A DNA stretch of 64,000 nt from Acidobacteriota bacterium. GTDB lineage: Bacteria > Acidobacteriota > Thermoanaerobaculia > Gp7-AA8. Positions 47,408 through 56,001 of this stretch are shown piece after piece. The notes under the pieces were generated by a model. The model made no database searches. It was not told the DNA's origin and saw nothing but the letters and a program-made list of their open reading frames with translations. Position 1 is the stretch's first letter. Every line of letters starts with the position of its first letter. The stretch spans positions 64,001-128,000 of the forward strand of contig JAFATB010000026.1 in NCBI GenBank assembly GCA_019244185.1, given 5' to 3'. The position numbers and the translations under genes are program-made.

Positions 47408-48250
47408 ATGGCGTCGTCCCGCCTCTCGGTCGAGGGGCCGGCGTTTGCACAAGCTGTCAAACATGCTACGAAGCTCGTTGACAAACTCGAGATCAACAAT
47501 TGGGACTTCGCCCTCGCACCGGAGCTGTACGCGAAACAATCACGCGCCGACGTTCTGGCGAAGGAGTTGGTGTTCGTCCACGACGGGAGGCAGCAGACGA
47601 TCTACGGTCGCCTCGTGACCGGCGGCTTTGGTGAAACCTTCAACCTAATGGGGCCCATTCACGCCAACGCCGAGTTCCGCCTCCGTGAGACCGACATCTT
47701 TGATCAGGTCCACCGCCACACCGGGACGAAGGGACTTTCCGATCTCGAAGAGTTCCGAGCGCTACCGCCGGCGCAACCCGTCCACCTTTACAACTACACG
47801 TATTTTTTCACGCTGCGCGACCTCATCTTCTGGCACGCGCTGCACAATTCCGGCTCCTATCCCAGCACGTTGGAGCATATGGCTCGCAATTTCCCGATGG
47901 GGAAGGTGATCCAGAACAGCATGTACTCGCCACCGAAGCCATCGTCCGATGATTCGAACCCGGCGATCATGACCTTCGACCGTCTCACCGTGACCTTTCC
48001 GACTCCGCACGTCGAGTGGATGGAGCAGCCGCTGTTCGGGGGGCTGGTGAAAGAGACGATTCAAGTGGAATACCTCGTTACTCCCGATCGAAGCACTGCG
48101 ACGCATCCTTACTTGCCTCTCGTCAACGAGTCCGCGATGGAATGGAAAGGCTCAAAGTGGAACGTTCGTGTTTTCTCCGGCGTCACGCCGAAGGACGCAC
48201 AGGTGGGCCCGGGATATCTGCCCGAGGGAGGAAAGCGAGCTGATTCATGA
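47408..48250 (+). CDS. Hypothetical protein (280 aa), putative peptide-modifying enzyme
   Basis: Translationally coupled on both sides; HxH and HxxH motifs; no family recognised. Confidence 0.7.
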   Translation: MASSRLSVEGPAFAQAVKHATKLVDKLEINNWDFALAPELYAKQSRADVLAKELVFVHDGRQQTIYGRLVTGGFGETFNLMGPIHANAEFRLRETDIFDQVHRHTGTKGLSDLEEFRALPPAQPVHLYNYTYFFTLRDLIFWHALHNSGSYPSTLEHMARNFPMGKVIQNSMYSPPKPSSDDSNPAIMTFDRLTVTFPTPHVEWMEQPLFGGLVKETIQVEYLVTPDRSTATHPYLPLVNESAMEWKGSKWNVRVFSGVTPKDAQVGPGYLPEGGKRADS

Positions 48251-49776
48251 CCGCCGTCGGGTTGAACGTCCGCGGAGAGATTCCAACCGCGGTGCAAGGT
48301 TCATTCATCGTAGCGATGAGCCGTCGCGACAAGCGGCATGACCACTTTTCAAGGTGGCACGACTCGCAAGCAGATCTCGTTCGCATCGACGTGATTCCCG
48401 GCCGCCCGGGACGAGCAAGCGCTCAACTACTCGAGGTTGATCCTAGCGGTGCAAGCGTCGGTGACGGCTTCGCTTCGACAGAGTTCGACCGAGCAAGCTA
48501 TCGCACGGAGCCGCGATACGGCTACGCGACGCAACCAAACCACGGTCTCAACCTGGCCGGAAACACCTTGTGGGCGACGAATCTACTCTTCGGTGCTCCA
48601 CTGGAGATTGATGTTCCGCGCTGGCGTGCCACGCGAATTCTTCGATACGTCACCCCGTCCGTAGGTGCTCCGCGTGTAAGCGGAACGTCCCACTTCGCGT
48701 GGAGTTTGGATGGGCGCTACGCCTACTTCCACCAGTCGCTATTCGCTCAGCGGACAAACGGACCAGTCGCCACCGAGGACCTCCGGCTCGTCCGGCTCGA
48801 CGTCCGCACCGGCGCAGAAAAAATCTGGACGCTTATCCCGCCCGATGCTGATCGCGCGAGCTCCGAGATCAACTTTCATTCAGCGTTCTATTTCGAGGAA
48901 GCCGGGAAACGATTCGTTGGCCTTCTCAAGACCGGTGCGATCGTCGAGAATCTGGCACCGCACACGATGCCGTTTGATCACACCGTCATTCCCATGACTG
49001 CTTCAACGATTTGGATCGTTGAGCTTGATGAGAACCGGTCCGACTTGAAGGCCTCGCTTCTCGCCGGCATTCGCGAAGTCGATGGTCTCGCGCTCTCTCA
49101 CTTGGACGTCGACAACCGATCCGGCGATGGCTTCGTTCTGTTTGCCAATTACAAAGAAGCGGACGTCGCTGAGGAGACTCATGGCTCCAATATCTTCGAC
49201 GAAGCGCCCGAAGTCGTGTCCGAGCACTATGCGGGAATGACCGTGCAGCCTATCAATGTGGGTCAAGTCATCCGCGTGGCTCGGAAGAACGGCACGACAA
49301 CCATCCGGTCGTTCAAGCGTCATTACGACGTGGGACGAACTTCTCTGGGCCACACTTGGATGCCGATCAATATCGAGCTCGACGAATCAAGATCACATCT
49401 CTTCTGCAGTTTTGCGGGATTACGACCACGGCTCGTTCCACGACACATCTCTACGGCATATCCAACGCGAGTATTTGACCCGAAAAACGTGTCGTACGTC
49501 CCACCCGTCCTGATGCGATTCGATGCTGACACGCTCGAGCCGGAGTACAGCAAACGTCGTGACTATCTCAGCTATGCGGAACCGATCGCGATGACTGTGG
49601 TCGGCCGCGTCGGCGACGGCTATGTCTGTACCTTTTCGCCCGAAGTTGGCTTGCGCATGTATCGTGCGGACGACCTTTCGACCATGGTGGCTCACATCAA
49701 CTGTCATCCCATCTGGCAATGGGGCGACACTCACTTTCACCCAGAACCAGCTCACATGATCTTCGCTGCGAGATGA
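48247..49776 (+). CDS. Divergent carotenoid-oxygenase/RPE65-like 4-His beta-propeller metalloenzyme
   Basis: N-terminal L.V.GEIP..V.G, PN......L.A.....P.EID; His149, His211, His285 and His503 spaced like the Fe ligands of CCD enzymes. Confidence 0.6.
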   Translation: MTAVGLNVRGEIPTAVQGSFIVAMSRRDKRHDHFSRWHDSQADLVRIDVIPGRPGRASAQLLEVDPSGASVGDGFASTEFDRASYRTEPRYGYATQPNHGLNLAGNTLWATNLLFGAPLEIDVPRWRATRILRYVTPSVGAPRVSGTSHFAWSLDGRYAYFHQSLFAQRTNGPVATEDLRLVRLDVRTGAEKIWTLIPPDADRASSEINFHSAFYFEEAGKRFVGLLKTGAIVENLAPHTMPFDHTVIPMTASTIWIVELDENRSDLKASLLAGIREVDGLALSHLDVDNRSGDGFVLFANYKEADVAEETHGSNIFDEAPEVVSEHYAGMTVQPINVGQVIRVARKNGTTTIRSFKRHYDVGRTSLGHTWMPINIELDESRSHLFCSFAGLRPRLVPRHISTAYPTRVFDPKNVSYVPPVLMRFDADTLEPEYSKRRDYLSYAEPIAMTVVGRVGDGYVCTFSPEVGLRMYRADDLSTMVAHINCHPIWQWGDTHFHPEPAHMIFAAR

Positions 49777-50213
49777 TGTCGCTTCTGATACATGAGCAGG
49801 TTGTACGCGAGATGATTGCCGATTCACGCTCGCTCGAACCCCGCGAAGCCGTTGGCCTGCTGGCGGCGCCCACGCCGGGTTCGCCGGTCACTCGGTGTTT
49901 TCCGCTGCCGAACATTGCAACTGAGGATCACCTGTACTGGGCTGACCCCTTTGCGCAATGGCAGGCATTTCGTAGCATCTTTCAGGAACGTCTTCGGCCG
50001 GTCGCTGTCTATCACTCCCACCCTGGAGGCGGCACTGAGCTGTCTGCTCGCGACATTGCGTTTGCGCGGGAACTGGGCCTCCTGCAGGTGGTGATCGCCT
50101 TGGGAGATCGCGTCGAAAGGCTAGCTGCACATGCAGTCGATCCCGACGGTTCCGCACGACCAGTCGAAATATCGATGGTGATCTCAACACTAAATCCTAC
50201 CGTCACGTCATAG
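49773..50213 (+). CDS. JAB/Mov34/MPN metallopeptidase (M67)
   Basis: P.EAVGLL and YHSHP-x6-S-x2-D JAMM motif; ATGA overlap with the upstream gene. Confidence 0.92.
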   Translation: MMSLLIHEQVVREMIADSRSLEPREAVGLLAAPTPGSPVTRCFPLPNIATEDHLYWADPFAQWQAFRSIFQERLRPVAVYHSHPGGGTELSARDIAFARELGLLQVVIALGDRVERLAAHAVDPDGSARPVEISMVISTLNPTVTS

Positions 50214-50408
50214 ACACGACTGGAACATCATGTCGTTCTGTGCTCTCGACCGCGTGCCTGCTCGCTCCCGCGCCCGTAGAATCCAACCGTGACATCTGCG
50301 GTTGCGCGCACTCGGTGCCGCCGCCGCGTCGCTGAGTGAGCATCGCGACCAGAACCTCTCACATTTGAGCATCGCTCAAACACGACCGTCGGCCATCGCG
50401 CGAGAACG

Positions 50409-50478
50409 TCGTGTCGTACGCCGCCGTTGTCAAGTCACCCCCGCCACACCGACTTGACAACGGCGGCGTACGACACGA
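50409..50478. repeat. Perfect 28-bp inverted repeat with a 14-nt loop
   Basis: tcgtgtcgtacgccgccgttgtcaagtc and gacttgacaacggcggcgtacgacacga. Confidence 0.9.
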
Positions 50479-50577
50479 TGGAAGAAGTGTAGCGACGGCC
50501 GACGGAGCGCGGCGTGCTCTGGCCTCTGGAGCTCGCATCTTCCACCGACCGACCCCGTGGCCTGCACCCCCGGCGGC

Positions 50578-51048
50578 TTACTTGCGACGGCGCGGGCGGA
50601 CCGCCTCGAACTCGTCGTGACGCGCGAGCGCTACGAACCCTTCAACAGCCAGGCCCGCGGCCTCGATGTAGCGCGAGTGCCCGGACGCTTCGAGCGCGCG
50701 CACACTAGCGCGCAGCCGCGGATTGCGCACGTCCTCGCGCACCTCGGGTGCTTTGAGTCCGACCAGTTCGTCGAGTGCAACTTCCAGCACCTCGGCCAGC
50801 TTCGCCGCTTTTTCCAACTGCGGCGTGTGACGGCCGCTCTCGTACTCCGACAAGCGGCCGGAATGCATGCCGGCTTTGTCCGCGAGCTCCTCGAGTGTGA
50901 AGCCGCGCTCCTCGCGCTTCGCTTTCAGCCGCTCGCCGAACTCCTCGCCGAACGTCGTTGCCGTGCCCCTCGGTGTGCGCGTTCCCATTGCTCGGAGTAT
51001 CGCTCCGCTTTTGCCTCGGGGCTTTCTGCTCGGCCGTCGTTTGCGCAT
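50578..51048 (-). CDS. XRE-family HTH repressor divergent from the integrase
   Basis: FGERLK..RE..G.T.EELA...G.....LS.YE.G...P......KLA..L.V..DEL; start 51048 or 50988. Confidence 0.88.
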   Translation of the reverse strand: MRKRRPSRKPRGKSGAILRAMGTRTPRGTATTFGEEFGERLKAKREERGFTLEELADKAGMHSGRLSEYESGRHTPQLEKAAKLAEVLEVALDELVGLKAPEVREDVRNPRLRASVRALEASGHSRYIEAAGLAVEGFVALARHDEFEAVRPRRRK

Positions 51049-51203
51049 GATTCTCAATGATGATAGCACTTGATTTCTCAGAAGTGAGAACTTATAATTT
51101 CCCCTTGACAGGTGATCGATGGTCGAGCGCATTTCAGGAAGAATCGGAACGAAGCGTCGCTCAGTCACTTTCACCCCTGCCGCGCCGAGTAAGGGGAGGC
51201 TGC

Positions 51204-52577
51204 TTGGCTTACAAAGATGAACCGAATTGGGTTTCCGGTCGTCTCGGCCGCCTCACGCTCGAACCGCCCATCACGCACCCGGCCTTCTGCCCGTGCTCGA
51301 TGTGCCCGAAGCACCGCGAGAAGCGCGCGGCGCGTCTCGGCCTGCCGCTCGCGCAGGTGGTAGCCGAGTCGATCGACATCCGCGTCAAGCGAAACTCGCC
51401 GCATCCGCGCAATCGTTCACTGTCGAAGGAAGCCGCGCTCCGCATGAAGGACGCGGAGGAGAAGCGGCTAAACGAGCTTGTTGCAGGTGTGCAGGCCGCG
51501 CAGGTCGCGAAGACCAACGCTGTCCCGTTTTCGCGGGTGGTTGAGCACTACCGGAACTATATGATCGCCCACAAGAAGGGCTACGAGCACGAGCGCTACC
51601 GCATCGACAAGATCGAGGCGTTCATCGGCGCAGATCGCGACGTCGCCACCATCGATTACGATCTCTATCTGGCGCTGCTCGACGAGTACAAAGAGATGAG
51701 CGCGCAGACCCGCCGGCACTACGCAACCACGCTGCTCGCGATGCTCAAGCGCGCGAAGGCCGAACGCGTCATCAAGTCGCACCAACTCTCGGACATCATT
51801 CTTCCGCCGGCGCCGCGCAACGGCGATCCTCAGCCGTGGACGCGCCGCGAGCTCGGCATCATCATGGGGCCGGCCCTCCTCGAGTACGAAGCGGACCAAG
51901 CCGCGTGGAATGCTAAGGTCGCGGAGGAGAAAAAGAACCGCGGTCTTCGCTCGCCGTCCGCCGTTCCTCTCCGCGGTTACTGCCTCATCGGCTACTACAC
52001 GATGATGCGGCCGGACTGCAATCTGCACCTCCGTTGGGATGAAGTGACGCTCGACGCGAAGAACCTCACCGGCTGGTACAAGCTCGACCAACACAAGAAC
52101 GTCAACAAGGGCATCAAGGCGGAAGGGCCGCTCGCCGAGGAGGTTGTCGAATACCTGCTCTCCATCCGGCCGGCGAATCCAGGTAACGCGCCGATCCACT
52201 TCAACCCTGAAACGGACCTGCCGTACGTGGACATCCGCAAGCAGTGGGAGCGGCTGATGGTGATCGCCAGCCGCATGCTCCGCTACGACCTCGAAGACAA
52301 GAAGCGGACGTTCTTCAACTTCCGGCATACCGGCGCGTCTCACATCGCGCAGCGCGGCAAGACGCCCGCTCACTTGCTCGCCGTCGTGCAGATGATGGGC
52401 GATACCAGCGTTGCGACGGTCAACCGCCACTACTTCAAGATGGAGCCGGAGTTGATGCGGGAACTCGTACTCGGGTGGAAGCGCCCGGACGTGGACGTGC
52501 CCTCTGTCGCCGCGGCCGATCTTTTCGGCGCCGAGCACTCACGCATTTGCGAGATCGAGCTTCCACTCGCAAGCTAG
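51204..52577 (+). CDS. Tyrosine recombinase / integrase
   Basis: GGGGAGG RBS before TTG 51204; YTMMR....L.WD.V, HKN, FFNFRHTGAS, MGDTS.....HY; adjacent to the tRNA att site. Confidence 0.88.
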   Translation: MAYKDEPNWVSGRLGRLTLEPPITHPAFCPCSMCPKHREKRAARLGLPLAQVVAESIDIRVKRNSPHPRNRSLSKEAALRMKDAEEKRLNELVAGVQAAQVAKTNAVPFSRVVEHYRNYMIAHKKGYEHERYRIDKIEAFIGADRDVATIDYDLYLALLDEYKEMSAQTRRHYATTLLAMLKRAKAERVIKSHQLSDIILPPAPRNGDPQPWTRRELGIIMGPALLEYEADQAAWNAKVAEEKKNRGLRSPSAVPLRGYCLIGYYTMMRPDCNLHLRWDEVTLDAKNLTGWYKLDQHKNVNKGIKAEGPLAEEVVEYLLSIRPANPGNAPIHFNPETDLPYVDIRKQWERLMVIASRMLRYDLEDKKRTFFNFRHTGASHIAQRGKTPAHLLAVVQMMGDTSVATVNRHYFKMEPELMRELVLGWKRPDVDVPSVAAADLFGAEHSRICEIELPLAS

Positions 52578-52596
52578 CGCGCGTCGGGAACATGCC

Positions 52597-52869
52597 ATGC
52601 CGAAACGTCGAGCGCGATTCCCTCACCGCTACACGATGGGGCGCCTTACGCGCGACGGGAAGCGCGTGCCGTTAGTGCGCGTCTCCGGTCGTTGGCTCGA
52701 AGCGTTCGGCTTTAAAGAGGGCGCGAAGTACACCGCGATCGGCGTCGAGGGCGGGCTACTCGTCCTCACCGTCTACGAAGCCGCGCCAGGCGGCGGCACG
52801 TCGCGGCCTGAGACCTCGCGCGCGCTCGATGCGCAGAATGATGCACTTCCGCCCCGCAACCGCACGTGA
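52597..52869 (+). CDS. SymE-family (AbrB-fold) toxin-like protein
   Basis: VP.VR.SGRWLE..GF..G......V..G.LVLT. Confidence 0.75.
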   Translation: MPKRRARFPHRYTMGRLTRDGKRVPLVRVSGRWLEAFGFKEGAKYTAIGVEGGLLVLTVYEAAPGGGTSRPETSRALDAQNDALPPRNRT

Positions 52870-53072
52870 CCTTCTCGCGCCAGTAATCGCGCTCCGATCC
52901 GCGCCATGCTAACCCGCCGCACCGCACACCCTCGCCCCGGTCGCGCCCCCGCTCTGCGCTCGCTTTCAAGTGTCGTCGCGGCGCATTTTTTCCGTGGAAC
53001 ACTCACGCCGAATGCGCAACATTTCGCATTTCTGGTCGCGGGTCAGCGCAAATTTTCGCTCGTGAAAATCAC

Positions 53073-53096
53073 GACCTTGCGAGTGACTTTGCGAGT
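53073..53096. repeat. Putative integrase arm-binding tandem (GACCTTGCGAGT GACTTTGCGAGT)
   Basis: Same motif as 27561-27584; about 70 bp from the tRNA 3' end. Confidence 0.7.
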
Positions 53097-53167
53097 CTGC
53101 AATTTTCTAAAGCACCCTGCAGAAACACGAAACGCCGCGAAGTCGCGGCGCATGAGAGCTTTAGTTT

Positions 53168-53244
53168 TGGCGGGGCCGACGGGGCTCGAACCCGCGACCT
53201 CCGGCGTGACAGGCCGGCGTTCTAACCGACTGAACTACGACCCC
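53168..53244 (-). tRNA. tRNA-Asp(GTC)
   Basis: GGGGTCGTAGTTCAGTCGGTTAGAACGCCGGCCTGTCACGCCGGAGGTCGCGGGTTCGAGCCCCGTCGGCCCCGCCA; cloverleaf with encoded CCA. Confidence 0.97.
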
Positions 53245-53367
53245 GCGTTGGGTGGGTGACTCCGCCGAGTTGGGGGGCGGCGGCGTCGGAACCTCGGTAA
53301 CCGGGGGGCTCGGGGGAGCATTCCAGGAGCCGAGGAGGGCGCATCGTAGACGGGTGGGCGGGGGGTG

Positions 53368-53910
53368 TCAAGACTCGAAGAGGGCGGCGGCGTCGAGGGT
53401 GGGGGCGTGGGCGTCTTTGTCGGACACGATCGGGGTCTCGACGCGCCAGTCGATGGCGAGGGTGGGGTCGTTCCAGAGGAGGCTGCGGTCGCTCTCTTTG
53501 CTCCAGAGCGTCGTGCATTTGTAGAGCACCTCGGAGTCATCGGCGAGCGTCGAGAAGCCGTGGGCGAAGCGTTCGGGGATGTAGAGCATGCGGCGGTTCT
53601 CGGCCGACAGCTCAACGCCGGTCCATTTGCCGAAGTGGGGGGAGTTGCGGCGGATGTCGACGGCGACGTCGAAGATCGCGCCGCGGATGCAGCGGACGAG
53701 CTTTCCCTGCGGCGCGATGAGCTGATAGTGCAGGCCGCGGACGACGCCGGCGGCGGAGGTCGAGTGATTGTCCTGCAGCCATGTTTCCGGCAGTCCGTGC
53801 TTCCGGAACACGTCGGCATTGAACGTCTCCATGAACCAGCCGCGCGGGTCATCGAAGACGCGCGGCTCGAGGATCAGCACTCCCGGCAATTCTGTCGGTA
53901 CGACGTTCAA
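53368..53910 (-). CDS. rfbC: dTDP-4-dehydrorhamnose 3,5-epimerase
   Basis: F.D.RG.F.E, QDNHS.S..GV.RGLHYQ, QGKLVR, DVAVDIR..SP.FG.W, FAHGF, W.DP...I.W; TTG start. Confidence 0.95.
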   Translation of the reverse strand: MNVVPTELPGVLILEPRVFDDPRGWFMETFNADVFRKHGLPETWLQDNHSTSAAGVVRGLHYQLIAPQGKLVRCIRGAIFDVAVDIRRNSPHFGKWTGVELSAENRRMLYIPERFAHGFSTLADDSEVLYKCTTLWSKESDRSLLWNDPTLAIDWRVETPIVSDKDAHAPTLDAAALFES

Positions 53911-53948
53911 GCGGCGCGGATGATAGCGCGGAGTAGTAGAGTGCGGCC

Positions 53949-55076
53949 ATGGCAGAAATCGTCGATTCCACGGGCGCATCGCTCGAAGACCGCCCGCAGT
54001 GGCGACTGACGGGCGTGATCTTCTTCGGCATCCTCGCATTGCTGCTGCTGTACGCAGCGTATCTGATCATCGCGCCGTTCATGACGGCGGTCCTGCTTGG
54101 CGCAATTCTGGTCACGCTGACGTTTCATCTCTTCGCGCGCGTGCGGACGCGCATGCACGGCAACTCGACGCGCGCGGCCATCGTGATGCTGCTGTTGATG
54201 ACGGTCATCATCGTGATCCCCGCGGTGATCCTCGGCATCCTGCTCGTCGGACAGGCAAACGTCGTCGTCGAGAAACTGCAATCGGGCGAGGCGCAGCAGA
54301 TGATCGGGCGCATCGATCTCACGCGCTCGCTGGGGTGGATCCGCCGCATCGCGCCGAACTTCGATCCGGCGACGCTCAGCCCGCAGCGGATGCTCCTGCC
54401 GGCGGTCCAGCAGATCCCGGGGTGGGTCGCGCGCCACGGCGGCACGGTGCTCGGTGGCATCGCGGGGATGGTGCTCGGCTTCGCGCTGGTGTTGCTGTCG
54501 ATGTTCTTCTTCTACGTCGAAGGCGAATCGATCGTCGAACAGCTCTCGGTGCTCTCGCCGCTGCCGAAGCAGTACGACCGCGAGTTCGCGGCGCGCTTCA
54601 AGGACGTGATCGACGCGACGTTTCGCGGACAGCTCTTCACCGCGCTCGCGCAGGGGATCGCGACGGGAATCGGCCTCGCGATCGCGCGTGTGCCCGGCGC
54701 CGCCTTCTGGGCCGCGGTCGCGGCGTTGCTCTCGCTCGTGCCGATGGTCGGCGCGGCGGCGGTGTGGGTGCCGGCAGCGATCTATCTCTCGATCGCGGCG
54801 TCGATGGGCGGGCGGCCGTGGTGGCAGGCGATCTTTCTCATCGTGTGGGGCGTGCTCGTAGTGTCGACCGTCGACAACATCGTGCGGCCGTGGGCGATGA
54901 AAGGGAAAGCGCAGCTGCCTGCGATCCCGCTGCTGTTCGCGGTGCTCGGCGGGATGCAGGCATTCGGCTTCGTGGGACTGGTGATCGGACCGCTCGTATT
55001 CTCGCTGCTGATGTCGATCATCGAGATCTACAAGCAATCGTTCCGACTGCCGGCGAGCGGGACGACCATCGCCTAA
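53949..55076 (+). CDS. AI-2E family transporter
   Basis: Multiple TM helices; P.VG...VW.P, DN..RP, GG...FG..GL..GP. Confidence 0.92.
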   Translation: MAEIVDSTGASLEDRPQWRLTGVIFFGILALLLLYAAYLIIAPFMTAVLLGAILVTLTFHLFARVRTRMHGNSTRAAIVMLLLMTVIIVIPAVILGILLVGQANVVVEKLQSGEAQQMIGRIDLTRSLGWIRRIAPNFDPATLSPQRMLLPAVQQIPGWVARHGGTVLGGIAGMVLGFALVLLSMFFFYVEGESIVEQLSVLSPLPKQYDREFAARFKDVIDATFRGQLFTALAQGIATGIGLAIARVPGAAFWAAVAALLSLVPMVGAAAVWVPAAIYLSIAASMGGRPWWQAIFLIVWGVLVVSTVDNIVRPWAMKGKAQLPAIPLLFAVLGGMQAFGFVGLVIGPLVFSLLMSIIEIYKQSFRLPASGTTIA

Positions 55077-55444
55077 ACCTTCTTCTCGTAGAACTGCTGG
55101 ATGTGCTCGTAGACCTGCTCGGGGAAGTGCAGGTCGCGATAGACGTTGCATTCGTCGGGGTCGGGGCAGATGGGGAACGCCTGCTCGCGCTGCCATTCGA
55201 GGATGCGCTCGCGGCGCGGCGGGTTGTAGTCGCGGCCTTCGACCTGGCGGCAGAGGATGCGCGCGTCGTGATCGCTGACGCCGGGGTTCTTCTGCAGCCA
55301 GGCGCAGAGCTCGTCCTCGCCGAGGAAGTGGCGGGCGACCATGGCGAACACGAGCCGGCCGTAGTGGCCGATGTCTTCGCCGCGATCGAGCGCGTCGAGC
55401 AGGTGGGACATCATCGCGTTGCGTCGGAGTTGTTCGAGTGCCAT
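55073..55444 (-). CDS. Conserved hypothetical protein
   Basis: MM.HLLDAL..G.DIGHYGRLVF.MV...Y.PP.R..IL.WQ..Q.FPI...D..NVY. Confidence 0.8.
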   Translation of the reverse strand: MALEQLRRNAMMSHLLDALDRGEDIGHYGRLVFAMVARHFLGEDELCAWLQKNPGVSDHDARILCRQVEGRDYNPPRRERILEWQREQAFPICPDPDECNVYRDLHFPEQVYEHIQQFYEKKV

Positions 55445-55563
55445 GCACCGATGAAGTGCGGGATGTGTTCCACGAGCTCTACGGTTCGTAGACGCCAAGA
55501 ATCACGGACTTCACGAAACGATCACGAATCTTTGGCAGCTTATTTGTAAGTGTGTTCCCACGC

Positions 55564-56001
55564 ATGGCAGTCGTATCGAGCTCTCGGGTGCTGATCGCCG
55601 ACGGTGATGCGACGCTGCGGCGGCGCTTGTACGCCGCGCTTCTCGAGGCCGACATCTTCTCCGACTGCGTCTCCACGACGGTCGATGCGATGGAGCATCT
55701 GCACGACCGGCCGTACGCGGTGATCGTGGTCGACATCGGACTGCCGGGCGGCGACATCGATCGCGTGGTCGACAGCATCGGCGCGATCGCGCAGCACCAG
55801 CGTCCCGTGGTGCTGGTGCTCGCGGCGAACGCGGAGGCGGCGCGCACGCTCGACGTCGAGATCGTGCAGATCGTACTGCGCAAGCCGGTGCATCTGCGGC
55901 AGCTGGTCGAGCTGATTCGCAGCTGCATCCGCGGCGTCGATACGCGGCTGGCCGAGCCGCCGGAGAAGGGGAACGGAAACGGCGATCACCTGACGTCGTG
56001 A
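55564..56001 (+). CDS. Receiver-domain (response regulator-like) protein
   Basis: VLIAD, VVDIGLP, LRKP. Confidence 0.75.
   Translation: MAVVSSSRVLIADGDATLRRRLYAALLEADIFSDCVSTTVDAMEHLHDRPYAVIVVDIGLPGGDIDRVVDSIGAIAQHQRPVVLVLAANAEAARTLDVEIVQIVLRKPVHLRQLVELIRSCIRGVDTRLAEPPEKGNGNGDHLTS

Larger units (their letters stand above)
27425..53215. mobile_element. About 25.7-kb integrative element inserted at the tRNA-Asp 3' end
   Basis: 50-bp direct repeats at both ends, tyrosine integrase next to the tRNA, shared arm-type repeats at both ends, visibly AT-richer cargo blocks. Confidence 0.9.

Noticed and set aside
48200-48250. Second possible GG cleavage site at the end of the 280-aa protein (YLPEGG-KRADS)
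   Set aside because: The GAGGGAGG sequence doubles as the RBS of the next gene, which explains the Gly-Gly without invoking JAB cleavage.
47303-50213. CBASS, Bil/Bub-type ubiquitin-like or ThiS/CysO sulfur-transfer system
   Set aside because: A JAB is present, but no E1, E2, CD-NTase, cysteine synthase or full-length beta-grasp protein was recognised.
27425-53215. Prophage or conjugative ICE
   Set aside because: No capsid, terminase, tail, relaxase or T4SS genes were recognised inside the element.
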